Of a stretch of DNA of 64,000 bases, positions 10,320 to 23,131 are shown in pieces. This stretch comes from Octopus sinensis (lineage: Eukaryota), in contig NC_043002.1 of NCBI RefSeq assembly GCF_006345805.1, forward strand, positions 20,956,001 to 21,020,000. The letters are read 5' to 3'. How positions within the stretch are numbered: the stretch's first letter is position 1; every line of letters starts with the position of its first letter. Below the pieces are notes generated by a model that was not told where the DNA came from, did not search any database, and saw only the letters and a program-made list of their open reading frames with translations. Both the position numbers and the translations under genes were made by a program.

Positions 10320-11952
10320 ACGCACACACATACAATTATTTCATATAATTGCGAACGTGTTGCGTTGGTGTTAGTGGAAAGGGGCAATAACTAATGCACA
10401 CATGAATTAATGCCCCTCGCTCGAGGTTTGGCTTGTACGAAGACCGTTTTTTCTTGTCAGTATCGATCAAGGTGCTACAAAAACAAATAGCGATGGCTTC
10501 CGAGAATTTTTTTTGAAGATTTATAACATGCAGTATACAGAACGACTAAACATATGAGAGGGGCGGTAACTCATATATGCAAAGATTCACACACGCGCAC
10601 ACACACACAGGTACACATACTCACACAGCAGATATATATTTATGTGCATGTAAAAAGTAACATGTATTTTCCTTTATTATTATATTTCTAATTTGTATTA
10701 GGTGTTATTTACGTCTTGAATGTTTATATTTCGATAAGAGAAGCCGTTATTTATTGTATTGGTAAAAAACAAACAAACAACGGTTATGTACAAGTTTAAA
10801 ATAATTAAATTTGAAATTAAGAATTAAAGGGAGACAATAAATGAGATGTAACTACCACAAGAGTCAGTATGAACTTAATTATGAGAATTGATAGCACAAC
10901 CGGTAAGAAAATAATCTGTTTTGTACGTTGTTGCATACATCTGTGCATCAGTGCATCCACACATATGGTATCTATGTCTCTAAATACTTAGATATGAACA
11001 CGTATTTCTTTATTACCCACAAGGGGCTAAACAAAGAGGGGACAAACAAAGGGATTAAGTCGATTACATCGACCCCAGTGCGTAACTGGTACTTAATTTA
11101 TCGACCCCGAAAGGATGAAGGGCAAAGTCGACCTCGGCGGAATTTGAACTCAGAACGTAACAGAAAAGCAGTTCCCATAGCCTTTACAGGAGTTTCAAGA
11201 TCGGTGAGACGTGGATGGTATCTTGCCGTTACGTTCTGAGTTCAAATTCCGCCGAGGTCGACTTTGCCTTTCATCCTTTCGGGGTCAATAAATTAAGTAC
11301 CAGTCACGCACTGGGGTCGATGTAATCGACTTAATCCGTTTGTCTGTCCTTGTTTGTCCCCTCTGTGTTTAGCCCCTTGTGGGTAATAAAGAAATAGGTA
11401 TCTACAAATTGGAGCCCTGGTCGGAATGCTTGCAGTAGAATAGATTCCATAAAGGGCTGTCATGGATTAGGTAATAGTGTCGAACTAGGAGGCGAACTAA
11501 CTCGTTTGACCCAAGTGTGAAACGGCAGGTTTTGAACGCAGAATGTAAAGAGCCTTAACAAATACTGATAGGCATCTTGTCCCAAGCTCCAACTATAACA
11601 ATGGTACCCAACTCTAGGCTCATACTTTAAATTCAACCCTGCCGATTCAGTGTCTTTGCAGCAGCAGCAGCCGTTCAAGAATTTGGACCTGGAGATTTCC
11701 ATTTCCAGCGACTTCGAGGGCCACCTCCCAGTGGTGTCGGGCGTCAACGAAGAGCCATCGACTACTACAAGACGACCAAAGATTTTCTTTTTTAAAGGTC
11801 TGGGGTCTCCCGCCCCTAAGCCCTAGACCATCACCTAATCACCCTTACCCGTCTTGTTGCTTAACAACAACAACAACAACAACAACGACGACAACAACAA
11901 CAACAACAGCAGCAGCAACAACAACAACACTAACAGCTATAACGTGTCTTAC

Positions 11953-12150
11953 CGCTATTCGTTGCACTTTACGCATCTGTTTTTCGATTTCCTCAGAGCT
12001 TTTCGCGTCTTTCTTCTTCAGCTTCTCAAATGCTTCCTTACGTTCTTCTGTGGTCTCGTGGTAATGTGCCTTTGTCTGGTTAAACAACATCCACAGATGT
12101 TCGACTTTTGATTCCAGAGACACACGTAACGAATGCTTCTCTTCGAGGTT
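11953..12150 (-). CDS. CCDC65: CCDC65/DRC2 coding exon 4 (NLEEKHSLRVSLE...QMRKVQRIA)
   Basis: Acceptor GACCAG|AAC, donor GCG|GTAAGA, 198 nt, phase 0. NLEEKH.LR and KD.KSS.EIE.QM motifs of DRC2. Confidence 0.95.
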
Positions 12151-15100
12151 CTGGTCAAAGAAAAAAATAAAATATGATAAACATGACAAAGACAGTGAGG
12201 AGGTGATGGTGGTGGAGATGGTGGTAGTGATGGTGGTGATGGTTAGGTACGCACTCACAATCACGATTTCTGGACTGGCCAATGCATCGAGTTCTTGAGC
12301 AAGACACTCAGCGCTGGATTAAAATAAGCGCGTACTTAGGGCATCAAGGGATGGGGGCACTACAGGAATGAAAATGGTTTACGGCACGAAAGAAATCATT
12401 GTAAACTTGCTAAAATAATATTCGTAATGCTTTATCTCTACTGTGGAGGCGCGTGGCTTAGTGGTTAGGGTGTCAGCATCATGATAGTAAGATTGTGGTT
12501 TCGATTTCTGGACCGGGCGACGCGTTGTGTTCTTGAGCAAAACACTTCATTTCACGTTGCTCCAGTCCACTCAGCTGGCAAAAATGAGTAACGCTGCGAT
12601 GGACTGGCGTCCGTCCAGCTGGGGAACACATACGCCATTGAAACCGCGAAACCGGGCCCATGAGCCTGGCTAGGTTTTAAAAGGGCGCATTATATTATTA
12701 TCTCTACTAAGTATAGAATCAGAAGTTTTACGTAATTTTAATTTTAACGATATCATCGAAGATTTTGTAATTAAAAACGAGAAAAAAACGGAGAAAACTT
12801 TTCAAATATAAATAAAGTGGAAATATACAAAAATAAATATTTTCCATCTTCCTGTTAATTTTGTTTCATTTTGCAAAATAGAAATTTATTTTATGGTTTA
12901 TTATTGTTTACGTTTTGAACCATTTATATATACTTGAGGGCAACAAAACCTTTTAAGTGCTTAGGGCCTCTATGGGTCTTAATCCGGCCCTGATGACACT
13001 TCACCTTACATTGCTCTGCGATTACTTCAGCACCTGATGTGTGTTTCCAACATGTTGATTTGATGGAGGAGTGAAGAATCAGGTGAAGAGTCAACATATA
13101 GCTTAGTCAATCAACCTATCGATAAGGAGGTAAGTCAGCTGGTCAGTAAAAGGCTTGATCAGCCAATCAGAATGTAGGAAAGTTAGTTTGTAAGTAATTA
13201 GGTCGCTGTCTCATTCTTTAGTCAGTAAGGCAGTCTTTACATTTACTAGCTATTCATTTGGTCACCAGGTCAGTCAACGAGTCAATAAGTATGCCAAGGC
13301 GTGTGGCTTAGTGGTTAGGGTTTCCGACTTGTGATCATGAGGTTGTGAGTTCAATTCTTGGCGGTGCATTATGTCCTTGAGCAAGACACTTTATTAAGTG
13401 TCACTCCAGTACACTCAGCTGACAAAAGTTAGTAGTACCTGTATTTCAAAGGAGCCAGCTTTGTTGCATTCCCTCACATTGAGAACTATGTTAAAGGTAT
13501 GCGTGTCTATGGAGTGCTCAACCAGTTGCACGTGAATTTCACGGGCAGGCTGTTGCGATGATTGGATCAACTTAATGATATTCTAACCTCATAAGAAATA
13601 CTCTGCGTAACAAAGGTGGCTAGTTGGCACAAACGTTAGCACGCCAGGCGAAATTCTTAGCTGTATTTCGTCTGTAGTTACGTTCTGAGTTCAAATTCCG
13701 CCGAGGTTAGCTTCGACTTTCATCCTTCCGGGGTCGATAAATTAAGTACCAGTTACGCGCTGGGGTCGATGTAATCAATTTACTACCTTTGTCTGTCCTT
13801 GTTTGTCCCCTCTATGTTTAGCCCCTTTTGGGCAATAAAGAAATAAGAAATACTTTGTGTAGCCACACGAACAGAACCCAATAAAGCATATTTAGAAAAC
13901 CAACCAGCCCCTATAATTGAATAAACCCCAATTCTAGAAACACAAAAATAACCCAATATCGTCACTGTTTCAGTCAGACTGCGGTCATGCCAGAGCACCA
14001 CCTTCAATTGTTAGTCGAATGAATCAACCCCAGTACTTATTCTATCGTCTCTTTTGACAAATCGATAAGTTACGGAGATGTAAACACACCAACACCGATT
14101 GTCAAGTGGTGATGGTGGCGGGGGGACAAACACAAACACACACACACACATATATGTGTGTGTGTGTGCGTGTGTGTGTGTGTGCGTGTGTGTGTGTACG
14201 ACGGGCTTCTTTCGATTTCCGTCTACTAAATCCACTCACAAGGCTTTGGTCGGCCCGAAACTATAGTAAATGACACTTTACCCAAGGAACCATGCAGTGG
14301 GACTGATCCTAGAACCACGTGCTTGCGAAGCAACCTTCTTACCACACAGCCACTCCTGCATAATATCCATAAAAATAAAGCAAGAAATAGTCTCAAAAAT
14401 GGACAAACAAGAAAAGGAAAATAATTAACCAAAGCAGGTTTAATATATTCCCTACTAAATAGCTTAATTGCATCTGATAAAGGCTGAAGAATCTTCGTTG
14501 TCATAACTGATGGAGTATTACTTAGGTATTACTTAATGCAGAACTCTCTCAGAAAGTAGGGCAGTTAGCAGAGAGACCATAGAGCAAACAAAGCAACTAG
14601 TTAGGGGCATTCCATCGTTTACGAAGACGAGGGTTCCAGTTGATCCGATCAGCCTGCTCGTGCAATTAACGTGCAAGTGGCTGAGCACCTTATAGACACA
14701 TGCACCCTTAATGTAATTCTCAGGGTTAATGTAATTCTCAGCGTGATACAGAGTTTCACAAGGGTGGCTCCTTGAAATACAGGTACAACTCATTATTGCT
14801 AGCTGTGTGAACTGAAACAACGTAAAATAAAGTGTCTTGCTTAAGGACACAACGCACCGCTGAAAATCGAACTCGCGACCTTACGATCATTAGCTGAATA
14901 CCCTGACCACTAAGCCACACGCCTTCACCAACTAGTTAGTAGCTAGTTTAGTAACTAGGGCAGTCACGTGGCATGTCGTCTAACCAGTCATTTAGTTTGT
15001 CAATCAGTGACTTAATTGCTCAGTATTTAAAGGTGGCAAGCTGGCAGAAACGTTAGCACTCCGGGCGAAATGCTTAGTAACATTTCGTCTGTCTTTACGT

Positions 15101-15421
15101 TCTGAGTTCAAATTCCGCCAAGGTCGACCTTGCCTTTCATCCTTTCAAGATCGATAAATTAAGAACCAGTTGCGTACTGGGATAGATCTATTCGAATGCC
15201 CCCCCCCCAAATTTCAGGTCTTGTGCCTAGAATAGAAAAAGAATTGCTCGGTATTTAAGTTGATCGGTCATTTATCCTGTGTGTAGGTCAGCCAGTATGA
15301 AGGTCAGTAGTTAAGTTACTTTTCAGTGTACAGGTCACTAGGCCGGTCGCTTCAGTATGTAAGTCATAAGGTCAGTTATTTTAGTATGTTGGGCAATATG
15401 CCAGCTGTCTGGCACACATTA

Positions 15422-16210
15422 ATATGTTGATCGTTAGGTAATATGCTTCCGTACGTCTGTCTCTCAACGTGTTGGTTAGTAGGCCAGCCAGTAAGTTTAA
15501 GTGAAGACGCATAGTTTAGTGGTTGAGGCAATCAGATCACGATCGTATGACTGAGTTTGATTCCTAGCGGCGCAATTTATCCACAAGCAAGATACGTTGT
15601 CCCAATCAACTCATCTGGTAAAAATAATTTGTACCTATATTTTAAAGGGCCAGCCTTGTCACACATATAAATTTGAAGTAAAATATGAGTATATATCTTA
15701 TATGTAGTAGAAGACACTTGCCCAAGGTGTCACACCGTGGGACTGAACCCCGACCCGTGTGGTTGGGAAACAAACTTCTTTCCACACAGCCACGCCTAGA
15801 CCTTTAGCTTTTGCCTTTTACTAGTCTCGGGCATTGGGTTACAGCCATGCTGGAGCACTGCCTTAAAAGTTCGTAGTCGAGGTTTAGTCGAACAAATCAA
15901 CACCCACTACTTATCTTTTTTCAAGTCTAGTTCTTATTCTATCGGTCTGTTTTTCCGAACCGCTAAGTCACGGAGATGTAAACAAACCAACAGAGGTTAT
16001 CAAGCAGTTTAGGGACAAACACACACACACACACACACCACACTTACGCGCGTGCACGTACGTACGTACGTACATACATACATACATACATACATACATA
16101 CATACATAATACATACATACATACTACATACATACATACATACATACATACATACTACATACATACATACATACATCATACATACATACATACATACATA
16201 CATACATACA

Positions 16211-16241
<31 letters not shown>

Positions 16242-17413
16242 CTACGAGAGATTTCTGCAGTGTTCACAAATCCATTCACAAATTATTGTTTGGCCCAAGG
16301 CTACAGTAGAAGATATTTGCCGCACGGTGGGATTGAACTCTAGACAACACGGTTGGTAAGAAAGCTTCTTAACCACACAGCCGCGCCTGCTCCAGTAAAA
16401 CTGAGTGATTGACATACTGAAGTGCATAGTGAGAAAATTTGACTGGCCCCTACATTTTGATCGACAGTCCTCTATACACCAGTTGACTAAGCTATTCACC
16501 TATATACTATTTGACTGACCGTGGAGGCGCAATGGCCCAGTGGTTAGGGCAGCGGACTCGCGGTCATAGGATCGCGGTTTCGATTCCTAGACCGGGCGTT
16601 GTGAGTGTTTATTGAGCGAAAACACCTAAAGCTCCACGAGGCTCCGGCAGAGGATGGTGGTGATCCCTGCTGTACTCTTTCACCACAACTTTCTCTCACT
16701 CTTCTCTTACTTCCTGTTTCTGTTGTACCTGTATTTCAAAGGGCCGGCCTTGTCACTCTCTGTGTCACACTGAATATCCCCGAGAACTACGTTAAGGGTA
16801 CACGTGTCTGTGGAGTGCTCAGCCACTTACACGTTAATTTCACGAGCAGGCTGTTCCGTTGATTTGGATCAACCGGAACCCTCATCGTAACCGACGGAGT
16901 GCTTCCAATTTGACTGACCAAGCAAATGATTGACAGACTATTAAAATACATGGAGGACGAGTGACCTACTGGCCTACATACTAAAACTTATTGGCCTGGC
17001 TCTCTTTTGGTTACGACGACAAGCATTCCAGTTGATCCAACAAACTGAACAAACCCTAACCCTAACCCTGCTCGGGAAATTCACGTGCAAGTGGCTGGGC
17101 ACTCTACAGATCCGCGTGCCCCTAACGTAAGTTCTCAGAGAAATTCAGTGTGACATAGAATGTGTCAAGGCTGGCCCTTTAAAATATAGGTACAACTCAT
17201 TTTTACCAGATGAGTTGATTGGGACAACGTGAAATAAAATATCTTGCTTGTGGATAAATTGCGCCGCTAGGAATCGAACTCACAGTCATACGATCGTGAT
17301 CTGATTGCCTCAACCACTAAACTATGCGTCTTCACTTAAACTTACTGGCTGGCCTACCAACCAACACGTTGAGTGACAGACGTACGGAAGCATCTTACCT
17401 AACGATCAACATA
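15422..17413. repeat. Local inverted duplication (15422-15664 / 17161-17413)
   Basis: The arms share a unique flank plus a SINE head carrying the same private mutations; few substitutions and one ~10 bp indel. Confidence 0.9.
16521..16907 (+). mobile_element. tRNA-derived SINE family D (GGAGGCGCAATGGCCCAGTGGTTAGGGCAGCGGACTCGCGGTC head)
   Basis: A-box TGGCCCAGTGG and B-box GGTTTCGATTCC. Related copies at approximately 7283, 12443, 13290, 23668, 26002, 35465, 42490, 43150, 48120 and 63040, with several different 3' tails. Confidence 0.82.
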
Positions 17414-17646
17414 CTAACATGTATATACACATACATACATATACATATATATATGTATATATATAAACTTTCAAACTATCAAATTTATCTTATACATTAT
17501 ATCTATATTTTTATATTTATTTATTTATATATATTTTTAATACAATAAGGTCTTTCACACGGGTATATCTTTATGATGAGTTCAATATTGATTTCCTTAT
17601 ATTAATAATAATAATAATTATTATATTAAAATATATATATATATAC

Positions 17647-17677
<31 letters not shown>

Positions 17678-17678
17678 C

Positions 17679-17722
<44 letters not shown>

Positions 17723-17805
17723 TATATATATATATATAATATATATATATATATGTATATGTATTATATATATGCATATATATAATATATGATATATAAT
17801 ATATA

Positions 17806-17844
<39 letters not shown>

Positions 17845-18051
17845 GTAACCATTACTGCTTGACAACCGGTGTTGGTGTGCTTATGATAGGACCGATAAAA
17901 AATGTAGCAGGCTTTAAGATAAATAAGTACTTGGGTCGATTCATTCAACTAAAAACAAGTAAAATTCTCCCAGTGTGGTTGCAGTTTAATAAGTGAAACA
18001 AGTAAACACACAATAAAACAAGTTTTTAAATATAGGTGAACAGTCATCTGA

Positions 18052-18577
18052 TGTGTAGGGGCCAGTAGACGAGCTAGTAGGGGAACTTGTAGGGGATCCA
18101 GTATTGTATCCAGTGGGGGGATCCTGTAGGGGATCCAATAAGGGAGCTAGTAGGTGATTCAGTAAGGGATCAAACAGGAGATTCAATAGGGGAGCTAGTA
18201 GGGGATCCTGTAAGTGAGCCAAAGGGAGCCAGCTGGAGAGCTAACAGGAGATACAGTAGGAGATCTAGTAGGGGATCCAGTAGGGGAGGTGATAGGGGAT
18301 CCAGTGAGGGAAGCTAGTAGGGTAGCCAATAGGGGAGCCAGTTGGAAAACTTGTAGGGGAGCCAGTAAGTGATTAAGTAGGGAATCCAGTATGGGATATA
18401 GTAGGGGAATGAGTAGGGTAGCCAATAGGGGAGCCAGAAGGGGAGACAGTTGGAAAACTTGTAGGGGATCCAGTTGGGGAGCCAGTAAGGGATTCAGTAG
18501 GGGATCCAGTAGGGGATATAGTAGGGGAACGAGTAGGGGAGCCAGCAGTGGACTCAGTAGGAGAGCCAGTAGGGAAA
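18052..18577 (+). repeat. Degenerate 12-bp G-rich minisatellite (consensus AGTAGGGGATCC/AGTAGGGGAGCC)
   Basis: About 44 units; produces the periodic PLL.PLL. and SP.GSP. pseudo-ORFs. Confidence 0.88.
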
Positions 18578-18619
18578 ACAAGTCAGTCAGTCAGTTAAAT
18601 GCTGATTTAGCTCGCTAAC

Positions 18620-18843
18620 CTTGTTCCGAACTTCATCTTTCAAATTTTCAAAATCCGATTTTGCTTTCATTTCCTTCTCGATGAAATTTTGTTCCATAGC
18701 ATACATGATATCAGCCAAATCATTCATCTCGGCACCATACATGGACAGCATCTTCTCCCTTTCTTTGTCGAATTCTTTTTTGACTATGCACAAATCTTTA
18801 TCATATTCCAGCTGGAAGTTCTGTAGCCTTTCTTTCTGTAGTT
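18620..18843 (-). CDS. CCDC65: CCDC65/DRC2 coding exon 3 (KLQKERLQNFQLEYDKDL...LKDEVRNK)
   Basis: Acceptor TTTTCAG|AA completes the phase-1 codon; donor AAG|GTTAGC; 224 nt. Contains KEFDKER and AMEQNF. Confidence 0.95.
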
Positions 18844-19013
18844 CTGAAAAAATTTTTCACATATCACATGGTTAGTAACTTCGAGTTGCAGGGAGAAGTG
18901 GTGTTGTTAGTGGTGATAGTGGGGGTGCTAATGCCGGTGATGATGATGATGATGATGGAATTTAGGTAACATCAATGGGATAGTTTTGTATGTATGTGTG
19001 TATACATGCATAC

Positions 19014-19045
<32 letters not shown>

Positions 19046-19074
19046 GTGTGTTGTGTGTGTATACATACATACAT

Positions 19075-19099
<25 letters not shown>

Positions 19100-19108
<9 letters not shown>

Positions 19109-20899
19109 ATGTAAATCTCTTCGTTCTGTGTGTGTTTGTAAAAGATTATAACGGCCGTATTTTTCAACTGATTTTCTCCAAACTGGGAACATACATTACT
19201 TATGTTCCTGGGTTCGTTTTAGACTTTAAAATTTTTCACATACCCCTGGGGGCAGAAAACATCCGTTCCTGGGTTATGTGGACACGGGTGGTAACTCTTT
19301 GCGTAGTAACTTTTAGAAATTGATTGTCTCCCTTACATCCATTGGTCATAAAAAAATATTGCTTTTTATATTACATTCACGTCTTTGAAAGTTTTACAAA
19401 ATATTTACTTCCCGTTTTCTAGTGTCAGTGACGTCTACATCTCTCTATCTCTCTATCCACCTCTATCTATCTCTATCTATATCTATCTATCTATATCTCT
19501 CTATCTATATCTTTATACCCATCTGTATCTATTTCTATGTCTATCTATCTCTCTGTATCTATCTGTCTATATCTTATCTATTTATCTATATTTATCTTAT
19601 TTGTCTAAAAAGCTAGCTCTCTCTCTCTCCCACTCTTTATATCTCACTCACTCTCTATTGTTTTCACTTTCATTTTTAAGACGCTATTGTTTTCACTTTA
19701 AGTTCAATCGTTATTGCTTTCATTGTAAGTTTTCAATTGCTATTTCCAAATAACAACGACAAATTACTGACAGAAAGAAGTTCACAACTACTGATGAAAG
19801 TAATTTCATGCATAATTTACTGACAGAAGCAACTTCATAAATTTCACTTAAATCTGTACACTTAGTTAATTTCCCTTAAAATTTTTATTTACTTTTGTGA
19901 CGGTTTTGTGTTTTTCTGTTGTTAACGGCTATTTTTCTGGTTCCTTCAATACTGACTCTTTGGTTCACTGACAAATTTCACTTCAACCTGTACAGTTCTT
20001 TATTTTTCTGTAAAAATTTCTTATTTAATTTCGGCCCGTCGTATTAAGAAATATAATTACCGTTACCCAGTCATTTTCATTGTTTACTATCTTCGGCACC
20101 CATGTATTTCTGTATACGTATATAATCATGTCTAGAAGGAAAGTGTCAAATTTGTCTACAATGTCAAAACCAGCCAAAAGAATGTATCTGTCAAGGGAAA
20201 CAGAGACAGCTGAAGAAAGGGAAGCATACCAAGAAATTATGATCCTGCAGTTCATTATGCAGATGGCACTAGAGTTTCCATTGATGCAATGACAACTGAG
20301 TGTATACATTGTAAAGCAAGGAAGTGGCCTGGAGAGACATCTGCACTGTACTGCAGTGGTGGAAAGGTTAAACTCCCTGCAATCCACCAACCTCCAGAGC
20401 CACTGAAGAAACTGTTGTTAGCAACTGACTAAGATTCCAAGCACTTCCAAGACAAAATTAGACAATACAACACTGCACTATAGATGACATCATTTGGAGC
20501 CACAAGAGATTTAATCGAGCCTGGATTCATGCAAACTTTCGTGATCCATGGTCAGATTTATCATCATATTGGCACTCTATTACCTCTGCCAAATGAATCA
20601 CCAAAAATTGGCCTTCCATTGTTTATAATCTATCCCTGTATTTTTGGTTACGAAATAAGTTACACAAAACGTGTTTTTGAATTACATGTATACTTTATAT
20701 ACATCTACTTTATATACATATATGACTTGAAATCTTGCTTTTAATATTTCACTTAACGTCTATGTTCCTTGTTGGTATGGGTTCGGGAGTTACTAATGTA
20801 GAAAGTTGGTATCTAAGCTACTAGACCTAAGCAATCTAGATGGCATTTTAAAATTTCATTATTCTCTTTAACCCGGACAGGGCCGGGTATTTCTACTAG
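19100..20899 (+). mobile_element. Helitron, non-autonomous with RepHel N-terminal remnant (5' boundary uncertain)
   Basis: 20290-20610 encodes CIHCKARKW..E....CSGGKVKLP...PPEPLK.LL and MTSFGA....PGF..TF..HGQIYH.IG.LLP. The 3' end has the hairpin ACCCGG-ACAGGG-CCGGGT (20871-20888), then CTAG (20896-20899) followed by T. Confidence 0.85.
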
Positions 20900-21013
20900 T
20901 ATATATATATACACATACATACATATATATACATATATCAATGTTTGTTTCTATCTTCAGTTATAATAAAAACAGCTTTACAGTAATATGATGTATTATT
21001 CTACAATGTTGTT

Positions 21014-21060
21014 GAGAGTGACTTCGAAGTTTCGGCCAGCTAAGCCATCGTCAGATATTC
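21014..21060 (-). ncRNA. Minimal type-I hammerhead ribozyme motif (GUC site)
   Basis: Minus strand gaatat-CTGACGA-t-GGC-ttagctg-GCC-GAAA-CTTCGAA-GTC-actctc. ACTTCGAAGT is a perfect 10-nt palindrome. Stem I is degenerate. Confidence 0.7.
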
Positions 21061-21087
21061 TTATATATATATATATATATATATATG

Positions 21088-21157
<70 letters not shown>

Positions 21158-21613
21158 GTGTATGTATGTATATATATATGTATATATGTATGCATGTATA
21201 ATATATATATATGTGTGTGAGTATGTGTGTGTGAGTGTATGTGTGTATATGAATGCATACATATACATGTGTATACATATATGTATGGATCACACATACA
21301 CACGCATATATATGTATATAAGTATATACGTATATATGTATATATGTATATACATATATATATATATATACATATATATATACACATGTATGTGTGTATA
21401 CATATATATATGTGTGTGTGTATAAAATGTATGTATGATAAAGTAACACGTGAAATCAACGATTACTTAAAACAGCCGTGAAAATGATGCCCCAGCAGAG
21501 CCACAATCCCAAAGGAAACCAATGAGAAAATAAAATACCACAGCTAATATAAACAAATGTCCAACACAAGCAAAAGAATCAAAAACAAACAACAGAAATC
21601 TAAAAAAGCTTAC

Positions 21614-21866
21614 TTATGAAACGGTCGATGTTTTCCAAGTGACTACTTAAAGCCATTATATACTGTTCCTCGGCTTCTTCTATGTCCACCAAAAGTGCTT
21701 TGAAAATCTCATCTTTTTGGTCCACAATCCGGTCAAAAGTGTTCTTTAGTACAATAATATCAGCCTTGATCTCTTTGCCTTTTATTTCGCGAAGAATTCC
21801 TCTCCATCTGTCATTTATGATTAAGTTGTTTAATTTGGTGAATTTCTCTTCTTTTGCATGTTTGTC
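21614..21866 (-). CDS. CCDC65: CCDC65/DRC2 coding exon 2 (DKHAKEEKFTKLN...HLENIDRFI)
   Basis: Inside ORF 21600-21935. Acceptor TTTCAG|GAC, donor A|GTAAGC, 253 nt, ends in phase 1. Motifs WRGILRE and EAEEQY..AL.SHL.N.D are typical of DRC2. Confidence 0.95.
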
Positions 21867-22302
21867 CTGAAATTTGGGAAAAATACGACACCAAAAATTA
21901 ACAAGCAAAATATTTTCCTTCTGCTCAAATTGCACAAATATTTGGACTGGCTAAGCCTCTAAAACTGCATCCAGTAGTGGGCTCCTTTGTACATGAGTTC
22001 CAGGGGTTTAAGGAGTATGGAAGCACCTCTTGGCCATTATTCTTCCCAGGCCAACTCTGACCCGGTGTTGCAGCACCTATTATGACCCCAGCTATGGACT
22101 AACTAGTATGTGTACCACTCACTTCAAATCCAGGCTACGTCTGCTCTGATAATCGGTGGTAACTTGGTCAGCGAATCCTTTGCGATGGTCATCTATCGCC
22201 AGCAATAAGAACTGTTACGGATCACACTATCTCAAAGTGAATTGTATTCCCAATGAAATCCGAACATGAATCCTACACCACAACAGCGAATGATGGCGGC
22301 GG

Positions 22303-22379
<77 letters not shown>

Positions 22380-22415
22380 ACTACTACTACTACTACTACT
22401 ACTACTATCATTATT

Positions 22416-22457
<42 letters not shown>

Positions 22458-22459
22458 AA

Positions 22460-22495
<36 letters not shown>

Positions 22496-22619
22496 GCTGT
22501 GTACATTTTATATTTAACACGTTCGTGTATACTCAAAAGTGGGAAGATTAGCAGCGATAACTCTCTTGAAAGAGAAGTTCTCCTGACAGTCAATGTGTTT
22601 GAAAACACGTCGTCAGAAT

Positions 22620-22662
22620 ATCGGACATGTTTTTCTGCGTTGTTACGCTTCATCAGCTACGA
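22620..22662 (-). ncRNA. Degenerate hammerhead motif
   Basis: Minus strand CTGATGA-a-GCGT-aaca-ACGC-a-GAAAAA-CAT-GTC-cga: ACATGT palindrome and GUC site, but two extra As in the core. Confidence 0.5.
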
Positions 22663-23005
22663 ACACCAATTCTGTGGTCAAAAGCCTACTAAGAGCTGCG
22701 GTTCTTATTTATAAACAGCAGCTAATAAATGTTCTGACGAGTGCAAAGCTTATCAGGCTGGAATTAAATAAAAGAAAAACTAAGCAACATCTATTAAATA
22801 AGGTTGTGCACAATAACATATAACACGTCCGTGTACACTCAGCACTTAACTAGGGTACGATTTCTGTGGAATCGAATCTGGGACCATGTAGTCGTGAAGG
22901 GAACTTCTTAACAGGCGACTGAGCTTGCAGATGATTTGGGCCAGCCAATTGTCAAGAATCAACCAGAAGATCGACTGTAGCAACAATAAGAACAACGGTA
23001 CTAAC

Positions 23006-23131
23006 CTTAAGGTATTGCATTAGAAGTTCTTCTTTCTTCTTTTTCATCTCCATCTGCAGAAGCATCTTTTGTTCTTCCTGATGGATCTTCTGCTCCTCCG
23101 TCAGTTTCACTTTCTTCTTACCCTTCGGCAT
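23006..23131 (-). CDS. CCDC65: CCDC65/DRC2 coding exon 1 (MPKGKKKVKLTEEQKIHQEEQKMLLQMEMKKKKEELLMQYLK)
   Basis: Not in the ORF track; translated by hand. ATG at 23131-23129, 126 nt, phase 0, donor AAG|GTTAGT. Matches the DRC2 N-terminus pattern (KKKE.LL.Q.LK) as recalled. Confidence 0.93.

Noticed and set aside
12910-13010. CCCTGATGA next to a CAGGGCCGGATTAAG-type element end as a hammerhead
   Set aside because: No downstream stem II/GAAA; it is the boundary of a small DNA-transposon-like fragment.
16521-16600. tRNA-like heads (this and similar sites) as tRNA genes
   Set aside because: A and B boxes are present, but no complete cloverleaf or acceptor stem and no T-run terminator; they run into SINE bodies.
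17052-17069. (CCCTAA)n telomere-like repeat
   Set aside because: Fewer than three units within a SINE-derived fragment; not evidence of an interstitial telomere.
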